Source of the DNA: Candidatus Methanoperedenaceae archaeon
Lineage (GTDB): Archaea; Halobacteriota; Methanosarcinia; Methanosarcinales; Methanoperedenaceae
Assembly (NCBI GenBank): GCA_963753595.1
Contig: CAVWCX010000035.1
Location: 1 to 40,004, forward strand
DNA: 40,004 nt
Direction: 5' to 3'
Numbering within the stretch: position 1 is the stretch's first letter; each line of letters begins with the position of its first letter. The translations under genes and the position numbers were made by a program. Shown here piece by piece: positions 23,582 through 32,362 of the stretch. The notes below the pieces were generated by a model, which worked only from the letters and a program-made list of their open reading frames with translations, searched no databases and was not told the DNA's origin.

Positions 23582-25492
23582 TTACTTATTCCAAAATTCA
23601 AAATCATCCAATTCTCGTATATCTATTTGACCAGAAATTACTTTTGCTAATTTTTCTACGAAATTCAGATCTGGATGCCCGTCTTTTATCGCTCTTTCTA
23701 TGTTATCAGACAGATTCCACCCAGGAGACCTTATTTTTTCTTTTTTTACTAGGATTTTAATTTCTTCAAGACTTTTCCTCTGTAATTTTTTATCTTTGGA
23801 ATGGGCATATTGGTAGAACAAGCATTCAAGTAATGTATCCTTGAGCGATTGCTCTCTTGCCAATTCCAGAGCTTTTTCCAAAATAGAAAAGCCGTTTTCA
23901 TTGCCTCTGGCAAGTAGAAAACCAGCAAAGTTGCCAAGATTAGTGGCATCTTTTGGGTCTATTTCCCAAACTTTTTTGTAATACTCCTCTGCCTTATCAT
24001 AATCTTTACGAATATCATTCAAGAGTTGAGCATAGTTGCCAAGGACATTAACATATTTTGGGTCTAATCCCAAAGCTTTTTTGTAATACTCCTCTGCCTT
24101 ATCATAATCCTTACGAATTTCACTCAAAAATAAGGCATAGTTGCCAAGGACATTAACATATTTTGGGTCTAATCCCAAAGCTTTTTTGTAATACTCCTCT
24201 GCCTTATCATAATCCTTACGAATTTCACCCAAGAATGAGGCATAATTGCAAAGGACATTAACATATTTTGGGTCTATTTCCAAAGCTTTTTTGTAATACT
24301 CCTCTGCCTTATCATAGTCCTTCTGAATATGGAAGAATAAAGCATAGGTGCCAAGGAGTTCTTTACTATCTGGAAATCTTTTCAGTCCTTCCTGGTAAAT
24401 AATGTCAGCTCTTTCAGGGTCATTCTTTTCGTATTTATCTGCTTCAAGGACTACTGCATGCCATGACTCAAATGCATTTGATGCTTTTTCCAGTGCCTCT
24501 TTTAAGGGTTTATCATCTTCTTTCTCTGGCTGAATCTCTATCCTTTTTTTAAGGTTTTTGAAAGTATCAAAATACGTGTTCAGGAGTTTATCAAATCTAT
24601 CCTTTTTTGGATGGCTGAAGTTAAATTCTTTCCACATAAGAAGCATCAATTCATCAAAATCACTTTGTTTTATCCATCTGGCATTTCTATTTGTTAACCA
24701 CATGCCTATCTTGCTATCAGGAATCTTGTTACCAATCCAGTAAATCCCCCATGGCAGTGCATTTGAAGGTAATTCATCTAATATTTCCGCTATGCTTTCA
24801 TCATGACCACCATATCCTATAAAAATCAAACCTGTTTCATATAATAAGTTTTTAAGTACCTTTCGAACATTTTCTGCCAGTCCTTGTGTTTCTTTTTCTG
24901 TATTTTTTGGGTCAAGCCTGGCATCTCCGTGTAATTTCAATATTAATGGACGTGTTCTTGAAATTTTTACAAATCCTGCAAGCGATTCATGCGATATAAC
25001 AAGCGGTTTTTTTTGTGTATAGAGATACAATGCATCAGCTATCAAGTCATCAAAATTGACTGTCTGAACAACGTTACAATGCCGACCTATATCTTCAAAG
25101 GTCATCATCTGAGCTAAAACTGCATAGCCAAATCCTGGGTCTTTTCCTTCTGTAAGTCTTTCAATTTCTCTTTGTCTTTCCTCGGGGGTCAAAAATAAAT
25201 CTTCTATGACCTTGCCGTAAAACAAAGACGCTTTATCTTCAGTATAATCAGGATATATTTCATTTATCCAAGAATCACAATTATCATTACAACCCGTTTT
25301 CAATTTCTTGAGCCTCGGTAACCAGTCTTTTACAAGAGTCCTGGCACTTGGTATTCCTGATGAAACTGAACAACCTGCACCTAGGAAAAAAATAAATCTG
25401 CTCTCTTCATGTTCTTCTATGAGGTTTTTAAATCTTCGAATAAATTCCTCAGCCGACATTTCCTTAATACTGTTCATAGAATCAAACGACAC
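23582..25492 (-). CDS. SIR2-like (SIR2_2) NADase domain fused to TPR repeats
   Basis: FLGAGCSxxSGIP, TVNFDDLI, KLHG and IGYGGHD motifs, followed by 35-aa TPR-like repeats. Confidence 0.88.
   Translation of the reverse strand: MSFDSMNSIKEMSAEEFIRRFKNLIEEHEESRFIFFLGAGCSVSSGIPSARTLVKDWLPRLKKLKTGCNDNCDSWINEIYPDYTEDKASLFYGKVIEDLFLTPEERQREIERLTEGKDPGFGYAVLAQMMTFEDIGRHCNVVQTVNFDDLIADALYLYTQKKPLVISHESLAGFVKISRTRPLILKLHGDARLDPKNTEKETQGLAENVRKVLKNLLYETGLIFIGYGGHDESIAEILDELPSNALPWGIYWIGNKIPDSKIGMWLTNRNARWIKQSDFDELMLLMWKEFNFSHPKKDRFDKLLNTYFDTFKNLKKRIEIQPEKEDDKPLKEALEKASNAFESWHAVVLEADKYEKNDPERADIIYQEGLKRFPDSKELLGTYALFFHIQKDYDKAEEYYKKALEIDPKYVNVLCNYASFLGEIRKDYDKAEEYYKKALGLDPKYVNVLGNYALFLSEIRKDYDKAEEYYKKALGLDPKYVNVLGNYAQLLNDIRKDYDKAEEYYKKVWEIDPKDATNLGNFAGFLLARGNENGFSILEKALELAREQSLKDTLLECLFYQYAHSKDKKLQRKSLEEIKILVKKEKIRSPGWNLSDNIERAIKDGHPDLNFVEKLAKVISGQIDIRELDDFEFWNK
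23951..24322 (-). repeat. 105-bp intragenic tandem repeats (about 3.5 units) encoding TPRs
   Basis: GCCTTATCATA recurs at 23991, 24096, 24201 and 24306; 24031-24123 is identical to 24136-24228. Confidence 0.95.
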
Positions 25493-25713
25493 AATTTAAC
25501 GCATCGTAACGATATACTAACTTATATTTATGAACTCCTGTTTTTTTAAATGCAAGTTTATCTTAGACTCTAACTACTTGTTTGGAAAGATGTTTGAGAA
25601 TGTCAAAACGAAGAACGACCCGAAAAAAAGGTTATATGGCGACGTTGTTGAGTTGTTCTGGTATTAATAACAAGCTATATTTCGCAGATACTTTTCATTG
25701 CAAATGGATAAAT

Positions 25714-26634
25714 TCATTTAAGATTCAATTTTGTTAGATTTATAATATCACCTATTGCCAAGTATGTGTAAATTACACATCTTCTAGCATGCTCTTTTTC
25801 TCTTTCAGTATGAGTTCCGACATTTGTTAACTTATATAAATCTCCGAGGAAATTAGCAAGATACTCAAGATTAGACTTCATGAATTTCGAATTATGATCT
25901 GAATCTATTTTTTCAAAGGTAAATTGAATAATCCTATTTACATAATTGTTCTCTTCCAAAGGATGAAATTTATTATCAAATCCTTTTATTTGCTCTTCAG
26001 TCGGTTTATAAACCGCATTTGCAAAATCATTTATTACTGTTCTACAAGCAAACGATATTTTCTGCAAATCCAACGAGGATTCACTTTCCTTTAAATCTTC
26101 ATAAGTTTGTGTTAATTTTTCAAAGGCATTCGGGCAAATTTCTTGCAGTTTTTCATTTACACTTTTGCGTGTTTCTTCAAATATGTCAAATTCCATTTTC
26201 TCAAACTTTAAATTATTCAATATGGCAATTGTTTTTCTGTATATTTCATTATCCACTGTATTAAGAATATACAAATAATTTTGAGTACCTAGACGAATAG
26301 TAAAACTATCATAACGACCACCAGACTTTGGCGTGAGGGTATATGTATAATTTTTACCACTGTCGCAAAGAGCCCACAAGGTTATGTAATCATCATCAAT
26401 GGATACAAATTTATCTTTATATTCATGATGATAAACTTTCCTATAATTTGGCACATTTTTAGAAGGTATATACCCACGCAATTCGCTGTTTATCCAATTA
26501 ATTTCATCATTCACCTCAATAAGTTCAACTAAATTATAATACATTCGAAGATTCGCAATACTAAGGGGATTTTTCTCTATATTCTCTCTAATTTTTTCTG
26601 CTATCTTTATTGCTTCTTCAGTCTTCAATGTCAT
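25714..26634 (-). CDS. AbiTii-like N-terminal domain plus putative HEPN-like helical C-terminal domain
   Basis: WINSELRGY....VPNYR matches the AbiTii pattern; C-terminal half has ACRxVIxxFAxxVY...YVNRI...LxxVGTH; very AT-rich. Confidence 0.6.
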   Translation of the reverse strand: MTLKTEEAIKIAEKIRENIEKNPLSIANLRMYYNLVELIEVNDEINWINSELRGYIPSKNVPNYRKVYHHEYKDKFVSIDDDYITLWALCDSGKNYTYTLTPKSGGRYDSFTIRLGTQNYLYILNTVDNEIYRKTIAILNNLKFEKMEFDIFEETRKSVNEKLQEICPNAFEKLTQTYEDLKESESSLDLQKISFACRTVINDFANAVYKPTEEQIKGFDNKFHPLEENNYVNRIIQFTFEKIDSDHNSKFMKSNLEYLANFLGDLYKLTNVGTHTEREKEHARRCVIYTYLAIGDIINLTKLNLK

Positions 26635-27070
26635 TTTACTTTTGATATAATTGATATTATAAGAGATATAACTATATGTTACGATTTAAATAAAATCCAT
26701 CTTTCAATCTTTATGGATATCCATAAATAAATTTCATATGTTGGATTCTTATCAAGCCTACCGTTTCACTTTTGGCTTTATTCTCTATTAGCCAATACAG
26801 AAATTCACAATTAACATTTTTAGCTAAATTTATGCGTTTACCGCTTCGCTTTCACACTTATTCTATATTAGCCAAGAAGATTAACGTAACCATCGAGAAG
26901 ATCAACATATAAATATACTTTAATAATATAGTTACCCCTTCGGGTTTCAATTGTTCTAATACGATCAAGTAAAGGCAAGTCTCATTTTCTTTATATTATC
27001 CTTTATGTCTCCTACGCTTATCCTACCAGCCCTTTCCTCCATAGCATACGTTAAGAATCGTTTCGCTGCA

Positions 27071-27799
27071 TCAATACACATACATATTCCCATACGGCCT
27101 TAGCGATAGCGGCACCAGCTTTGTGAACTTTCCACTCATAACCTCATTAAAGTCAAATCCGAAATACTCACAGTATTCCTTAAGATATCCGCTGATGAGC
27201 TTTGTATCATCTTCGCTCAATTCAAGGCAGCTCACTTCTTTTCCGAGATTAAAAGTATCAACCTTCCCGCGGATGTACATTACGCCGCCGTGCATGCCGG
27301 TTCCCACATAATCGCCAACAAGCGGGCTCTTTCCATTCATGCCAAGAAGGATCATTATCCCTCCTGCCATGTATTCGCCGAAAAAGTCCCCGGCTGTGCC
27401 TCCGGCTATGATAATTGGGACCTGTTTCTTATACTCTTTCATGTGGATACCCACACGGTAGCCCACATCGCCTTTGATGTACAGCTTCCCGCCGCGCATC
27501 CCGTAACCGATGATATCGCCCACATTGCCGTGGACAATGATCTCACCATCATTCATAGTATTCGCAAGACCATCCTGACCGTTAGCGTTCACTATGATCT
27601 TCGGGCCGTTCATAAAAGCCCCGAGGTCATTACCGGGGGTGCCGTTAATGGTGATTTTTATCTTTTCATTCAGCCCTGCGCCGATATACCTCTGCCCGCC
27701 TATGTTATCAAGCTCGAATTCCTTCTCGCCTTGTGCCACTGCTTCACGGATCATCTTGTTCATTGGCCTGTAATGCATGCCTTTTGCGTCTATTTTCAT
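27071..27799 (-). CDS. gltB3: glutamate synthase GXGXG (domain 3) subunit
   Basis: Repeated GxxGxxxGxxMxGG beta-helix motifs; RPYGxMY end. Confidence 0.9.
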   Translation of the reverse strand: MKIDAKGMHYRPMNKMIREAVAQGEKEFELDNIGGQRYIGAGLNEKIKITINGTPGNDLGAFMNGPKIIVNANGQDGLANTMNDGEIIVHGNVGDIIGYGMRGGKLYIKGDVGYRVGIHMKEYKKQVPIIIAGGTAGDFFGEYMAGGIMILLGMNGKSPLVGDYVGTGMHGGVMYIRGKVDTFNLGKEVSCLELSEDDTKLISGYLKEYCEYFGFDFNEVMSGKFTKLVPLSLRPYGNMYVY

Positions 27800-27802
27800 A
27801 AT

Positions 27803-28112
27803 CGATCACACACCTTGCCATAGGACATATTTGATTTTTCAAATATTAGCCGCAGAAATGCAGATGGATTGCAATGGAACACGGATCTCCACGTATGGCG
27901 GGAGCCATACGTGTGGGGGACGTCAACTGGCGCAACGGTTGACGCGGATGCACACGGATCTGTGAATATCCGCGCAATCCGCGTCATCCGTGTTCTAAGT
28001 CGTGATTGCGCCGCCTTTTCATAGATGGTCACAGCTATGGCGTGCACACGTATGCCTGCAGGGCATACGTGTCTATGCCCTTCCGAGGCGCAACTCGGAA
28101 TCTGCGGTTTTT
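27803..28112. repeat. nested palindromic non-coding insertion flanked by 12-bp direct repeats
   Basis: TATTTTCATAAT at 27791-27802 and 28113-28124. Hairpins at 27890-27913, 27921-27944, 28046-28072 and 28081-28100; CCGCAGA/TCTGCGG dyad at 27850/28101. Confidence 0.7.
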
Positions 28113-28142
28113 TATTTTCATAATTAAAAATCCTCATATTGA

Positions 28143-29651
28143 TCACTGTCCTATTCCCGCGTGTTTTATGCCAAGTATATCAAGCGTTTCCTGGCTTAAT
28201 CCAACTCCTCGCAAGCGCTCACGGCTTCCGCGCAAAGATTCGATGGCATTTAAGCCAAGTGAACCCAGTACTTCCTGTATCTCATGTCCCCATGCAGTAA
28301 GCAGGTTGCACAGCCTGTCTGCCCCTACTTCCGGGTTCAACCTGCGCACAAGTTCAGGTCTCTGGGTCGCAATGCCCCAGGCGCAGTTTCCCGTATAGCA
28401 TTTCTGGCACACGCGGCAGCCCAATGCGATAAGTGATGCCGTGCCTATGACACATGCATCCGCCCCAAGAGCAATAGCCTTGACAACATCAGCGCTCTGC
28501 CTGATGCTTCCTCCGACAAGGATAGAAGCGCGGTTGCGGATACCTTCCTGCCTCAACCGGTCATCCACGGCCGCAAGAGCCAGTTCAATCGGTATCCCTA
28601 CGTGATCCCTTATTATCATGGGAGCTGCTCCTGTTCCGCCTCGGAATCCGTCTATCATTACTATATCAGCGCCTGCCCGCACGATACCGCTTGCGATAGC
28701 AGCGACGTTATGAACGGCCGCGATCTTGACAGATACGGGTTTTTTATAATCCGTGGTCTCTTTTATCGCATAGATCAATTGAGATAAGTCTTCTATCGAG
28801 TAAATATCATGATGCGGGGCTGGTGAAAGTGCATCTGTACCCACAGGTATCATGCGTGTCTTTGAGATGTCCTCTCCCACCTTCTCGCCAGGCAGGTGGC
28901 CTCCGATTCCTGGTTTTGCGCCCTGTCCGATTTTTATCTCAACAAGAGCGCTGTTGTTCAGGTATTTGCTTGTTACACCGAAACGCCCTGATGCGACCTG
29001 GACTATAATATTGTCAGTATAACCTGCAAGGTCTTCATGCAGCCCTCCTTCGCCTGTATTCATGAGCGTACCCATGCGCTTTGCTGCCATTGCAAGCGAC
29101 TTGTGGGCATTCAGGCTGATAGCGCCATAGGACATTGCAGCGAAAACAATGGGAATATCCAGTTTAACCTGCGGGACAAGTTCTGTCTTAAGACTGATAT
29201 TATTAATATCTCCATCAAATTCAAGAGCTTCAGGTTTAGCTCCAAGGTACGTGCGAAGCTCCATTGGCTCACGCAACGGGTCTATCGAGGGGTTTGTCAC
29301 CTGGCAGGCATCTATCAGCATGTGGTCCCAGTAGATCGGGTATGGTTTTGGATTGCCCATAGCTGTCAGTATAATTCCTCCGCTCTCTGCCTGTTTCAGG
29401 ATATTTTTCCTTATCTCAGGCGACCAGTTGTAACCGTCTTTGTAATCAAGAGGATTCTGAGTGATCGTGATAGCGCTTTCGGGACAGAATGTCGCGCATC
29501 TGTGACAGGCCACGCACTGCCTGTTATTGGCCGTGACCTTATCCTTGAATTCAATAGCGCTGAAACTGCAATTCATTACACAGCGCTTGCATTTTCGGCA
29601 CTTCTCATGGTCCACATTCACAATGAATTCAGGTGGTAATTGTGATTCCAT
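28143..29651 (-). CDS. gltB2: glutamate synthase FMN-binding subunit with N-terminal 2x[4Fe-4S] ferredoxin domain
   Basis: CxxCxxCxxxC twice, AMSYGA, NTGEGG, QVASGRFG, EIKIGQGAKPGIGGHLPG, and a C-terminal Cys triad. Start placed at 29651 (TAATG overlap with gltB1). Confidence 0.93.
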   Translation of the reverse strand: MESQLPPEFIVNVDHEKCRKCKRCVMNCSFSAIEFKDKVTANNRQCVACHRCATFCPESAITITQNPLDYKDGYNWSPEIRKNILKQAESGGIILTAMGNPKPYPIYWDHMLIDACQVTNPSIDPLREPMELRTYLGAKPEALEFDGDINNISLKTELVPQVKLDIPIVFAAMSYGAISLNAHKSLAMAAKRMGTLMNTGEGGLHEDLAGYTDNIIVQVASGRFGVTSKYLNNSALVEIKIGQGAKPGIGGHLPGEKVGEDISKTRMIPVGTDALSPAPHHDIYSIEDLSQLIYAIKETTDYKKPVSVKIAAVHNVAAIASGIVRAGADIVMIDGFRGGTGAAPMIIRDHVGIPIELALAAVDDRLRQEGIRNRASILVGGSIRQSADVVKAIALGADACVIGTASLIALGCRVCQKCYTGNCAWGIATQRPELVRRLNPEVGADRLCNLLTAWGHEIQEVLGSLGLNAIESLRGSRERLRGVGLSQETLDILGIKHAGIGQ

Positions 29652-30727
29652 TATTCCACCTCTGCCGAAAGTGTCCCAAAAACCGGTGTTCCTGCCCTGG
29701 GACTCCATACTTCGTCAAGGTCTGGCGCGATTTCCCTAATTGCGGATTCCTCAGATGCCATGTAAAGCATATCGTCCTTGCGGGCAGCTGTCATGGGGCG
29801 AAGCTTGATCCTGTCGTTCAATCCGATCATGCCCCGGTTATGTCCGATGATTATGCTAAATGGGCCATTCAAAAGTGTACTTCCATATACCTGCCTCAGT
29901 GCAATGGCTATTTTCTTTTTCTGCGGTTCCATGCGGTCTATGTCTTTCCAGAATGGGGCTGCAAGCGCTTTTGCTGCCGTTTCAACCGGAAGCTTATGCT
30001 TTCTGACCAGAAGGTCGAACATGTAAGCGATGACTTCGGTATCAGTTCTTAATTCGAGTTTGTAACCGAACATCTCAAGATAGCGCTTGTTGATCCCGTA
30101 AGAGGATATTTCACCGTTATGCACTACAGACCAGTCAAGAAGTGTGAACGGGTGAGCGCCGCCCCACCAGCCGGGTGTGTTAGTGGGGAACCTGCCATGC
30201 GATGTCCATATATATGCTTTGTAATCTTCCAATTTATAGAACTTTCCGATATCTTCAGGATAGCCGACACCTTTGAAAGCGCCCATGTTCATGCCGCTTG
30301 ATGCCACAAAAGCCCCGTCTATCTCAGAGTGTATCTTCATTACTGTTTTTGTCACATAGTCCCTCTCTGAAAGGAATTCAAGTTTATTTTCAGGCACCTC
30401 AAGAAAATATCTCCATAAGATTGGGGGATTCGATACGCCATTTTGCCTTTGGGTAGGTATGGCTTCGTCCTTATCAACGTTGAAGTAGTCCTTGAAGAAC
30501 TCTTCAGTATTCTTTTTAGACTCCACAGTATCAAACATCATGTGAAAAGCGTACATGTCTTTTCGTTTTGGATAAATACCATAGGCTGCAAACCCTCCAC
30601 CAAGCCCGTTTGAACGGTCGTGCATGCAGGCAATGGATTTGATAATCACGTTGCCGCCAATGCGTCTTCCATCTTCGCTCATCAATCCGGATATCGCACA
30701 TCCGGACGGTATTCCATCAGACTTCAT
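29651..30727 (-). CDS. gltB1: glutamate synthase class II glutamine amidotransferase subunit
   Basis: CAISG nucleophile region, HGRFPTNT..WWGGAHPF, VHNGEISSY, TDTE, DRIKLRP. ATG at 30727 behind AGGAG. Confidence 0.92.
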   Translation of the reverse strand: MKSDGIPSGCAISGLMSEDGRRIGGNVIIKSIACMHDRSNGLGGGFAAYGIYPKRKDMYAFHMMFDTVESKKNTEEFFKDYFNVDKDEAIPTQRQNGVSNPPILWRYFLEVPENKLEFLSERDYVTKTVMKIHSEIDGAFVASSGMNMGAFKGVGYPEDIGKFYKLEDYKAYIWTSHGRFPTNTPGWWGGAHPFTLLDWSVVHNGEISSYGINKRYLEMFGYKLELRTDTEVIAYMFDLLVRKHKLPVETAAKALAAPFWKDIDRMEPQKKKIAIALRQVYGSTLLNGPFSIIIGHNRGMIGLNDRIKLRPMTAARKDDMLYMASEESAIREIAPDLDEVWSPRAGTPVFGTLSAEVE

Positions 30728-32057
30728 TTTCTTCTCCTTTATTGTTAATATGATCAAGTAATTTCTTCAATTCCTCTCCCCCGCTCTTTGGTGGTTCGGC
30801 CAGTTTCAGTTTCTTTCGCACGCTTGTTGGCTCACCAAGTCTCCCATCTTTCTTGAACATCTCGATACTTGCAGTAAAGCTTTTTGGCCCTTTTCCTTTT
30901 TCAATAGCCATATGCTTTAGTTTATCAAATATCTTATTCATTCCCATTTTCTGCGGACAGAGTTCATAACATGTATAACAGTCAACGCACTGCCATATGT
31001 TGTGTGACTCTATTACGGCTTCAAGTTCGCCAGACAATAGCCGGCCTATGATCTCATTTGGATTGAAATCCGGGTTTACCTTTACAACAGGGCAGTCATT
31101 AACACAAGCTGCGCATTCGTAGCATTTGCGGATAGCAGGCAGGTCGAAGACTTCCTTCAATGTCTTCAGGTAGTTATATTTTGAATCCCATTTTGAAAGG
31201 AATCCTGCAGTATCTATCCTGTGCATATCCATTCCGAGTTCCTGTGTTGAGAAACCCATTGCAAGACCAAGTAATTCAGGGTAAAACAGGACTGGAAGGT
31301 TCAATTTTTCCCCGGTTTTTTGCATCATGTACTGGCGTGAATCGTATTGCATGAAGCATGATGGGCAGGTAAGTGTTATTGCATCCGCCTTTTTTGTGAC
31401 TTCTATCAGTTTCATGCGCGCCAGGGCTGTTGCCTCCTCGGGTTCATCCGCAGTATTGAGATTGCCGCCGCAGCACAGCATTTTTGTTTCATAGTCGATA
31501 CTTTTTGCACCGAGTGCTTCGATCAATGCATCGAATTTTTTGGGTTTATTCGGGTCATCAAAGGATATGGAGGAACTGGGGCGAACCATGTGGCAGCCAT
31601 AATGGGGCGCTATTCTCATTCCTTCGAAAGATTTTATGAGGTGCTGTTTGACCTTCGGTATTCCGATCTCATCATGAAGAACCTCTACAAGATGTTTTAC
31701 CTCCACTATACCTGTGTATTCCAGACCGGAAGATGCAAGAATTGCGTTTATCTCGTTTCGTAATCCGGTATTTACACGCATTTCTACTTCCACAGATTTT
31801 AATGTGCTGTAGCAACCATTGCACGGAACCAGAAGGTCATGGCCTGCTTTTTGCGCAAGGGCCAGATTTCTTACCGCTGTTACGTACCAGGCCAGATCTC
31901 CGATCGGCTTAATGATACTTTTTGTGGGGCAGCATGTAGCCCCTTCAAGATCGTGAAGAATACAGCCAAGCTTAGATAAAACAAGCCTGGTCGATTTTTC
32001 CATGAAGGGAAAACGTGCAGGGATGATACAACCTAAGAATAAAGTATATTCGGGCAT
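30717..32057 (-). CDS. HdrB-HdrC fusion protein (two CCG domains plus 2x[4Fe-4S])
   Basis: FLGC, TCCP, PCNGC, HYGCH, CCGG and CPSC (HdrB-type), then CYECAACVNDCP and CVDCYTCYELCP (HdrC-type). Confidence 0.88.
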   Translation of the reverse strand: MPEYTLFLGCIIPARFPFMEKSTRLVLSKLGCILHDLEGATCCPTKSIIKPIGDLAWYVTAVRNLALAQKAGHDLLVPCNGCYSTLKSVEVEMRVNTGLRNEINAILASSGLEYTGIVEVKHLVEVLHDEIGIPKVKQHLIKSFEGMRIAPHYGCHMVRPSSSISFDDPNKPKKFDALIEALGAKSIDYETKMLCCGGNLNTADEPEEATALARMKLIEVTKKADAITLTCPSCFMQYDSRQYMMQKTGEKLNLPVLFYPELLGLAMGFSTQELGMDMHRIDTAGFLSKWDSKYNYLKTLKEVFDLPAIRKCYECAACVNDCPVVKVNPDFNPNEIIGRLLSGELEAVIESHNIWQCVDCYTCYELCPQKMGMNKIFDKLKHMAIEKGKGPKSFTASIEMFKKDGRLGEPTSVRKKLKLAEPPKSGGEELKKLLDHINNKGEENEV

Positions 32058-32362
32058 TTTTTTCCTCGTATTGGGGAAATGGACTATAGCTATAATAGTA
32101 TATAAATTTAACTCGGAAAGAGGATATGTACTGGTGATTTATTATTATGTATGTTTAAATAAAAATGTGTTTTTTGAATAAAAACAACAAGCCAGTTTAT
32201 GATTATAATATAAGTTATGAGATTTCTGCTATAAGACCGCAAGCTTTTTAAAGGGATATATCTAATTATAGCATTAGTTTGTATAGGTGGAAAAATCATA
32301 CATCCATGCGAACATTATCCAGTGAAAAGTAGTTAGAATTAGATATTTCATAATCATAAAGG

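Larger units (their letters stand above)
20184..27070. mobile_element. accessory/defence island between the convergent nif3 and gltB3 3' ends
   Basis: AT-rich cargo, TA and defence-type genes, two partial nif3 duplications, a terminase remnant and other gene fragments. No integrase is seen. Confidence 0.65.

Noticed and set aside
23951-24322. TPR repeat variation as DGR mutagenesis or a CRISPR array
   Set aside because: The repeats are in-frame coding units, and the changes include C/T substitutions, so they are not adenine-specific.
26639-26667. dif/Xer-like 11-6-11 site
   Set aside because: Only one arm resembles archaeal dif, and the stretch lies in the AT-rich promoter region of the AbiTii-like gene.
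26759-26875. Possible CRISPR mini-array (37-bp repeat, 43-bp spacer)
   Set aside because: Only two copies with 8 mismatches, no cas genes, no recognisable leader.
27796-28146. 116-aa ORF as a genuine protein gene
   Set aside because: It is composed of palindromic repeat sequence with no recognisable domain; treated as a repeat-derived frame.
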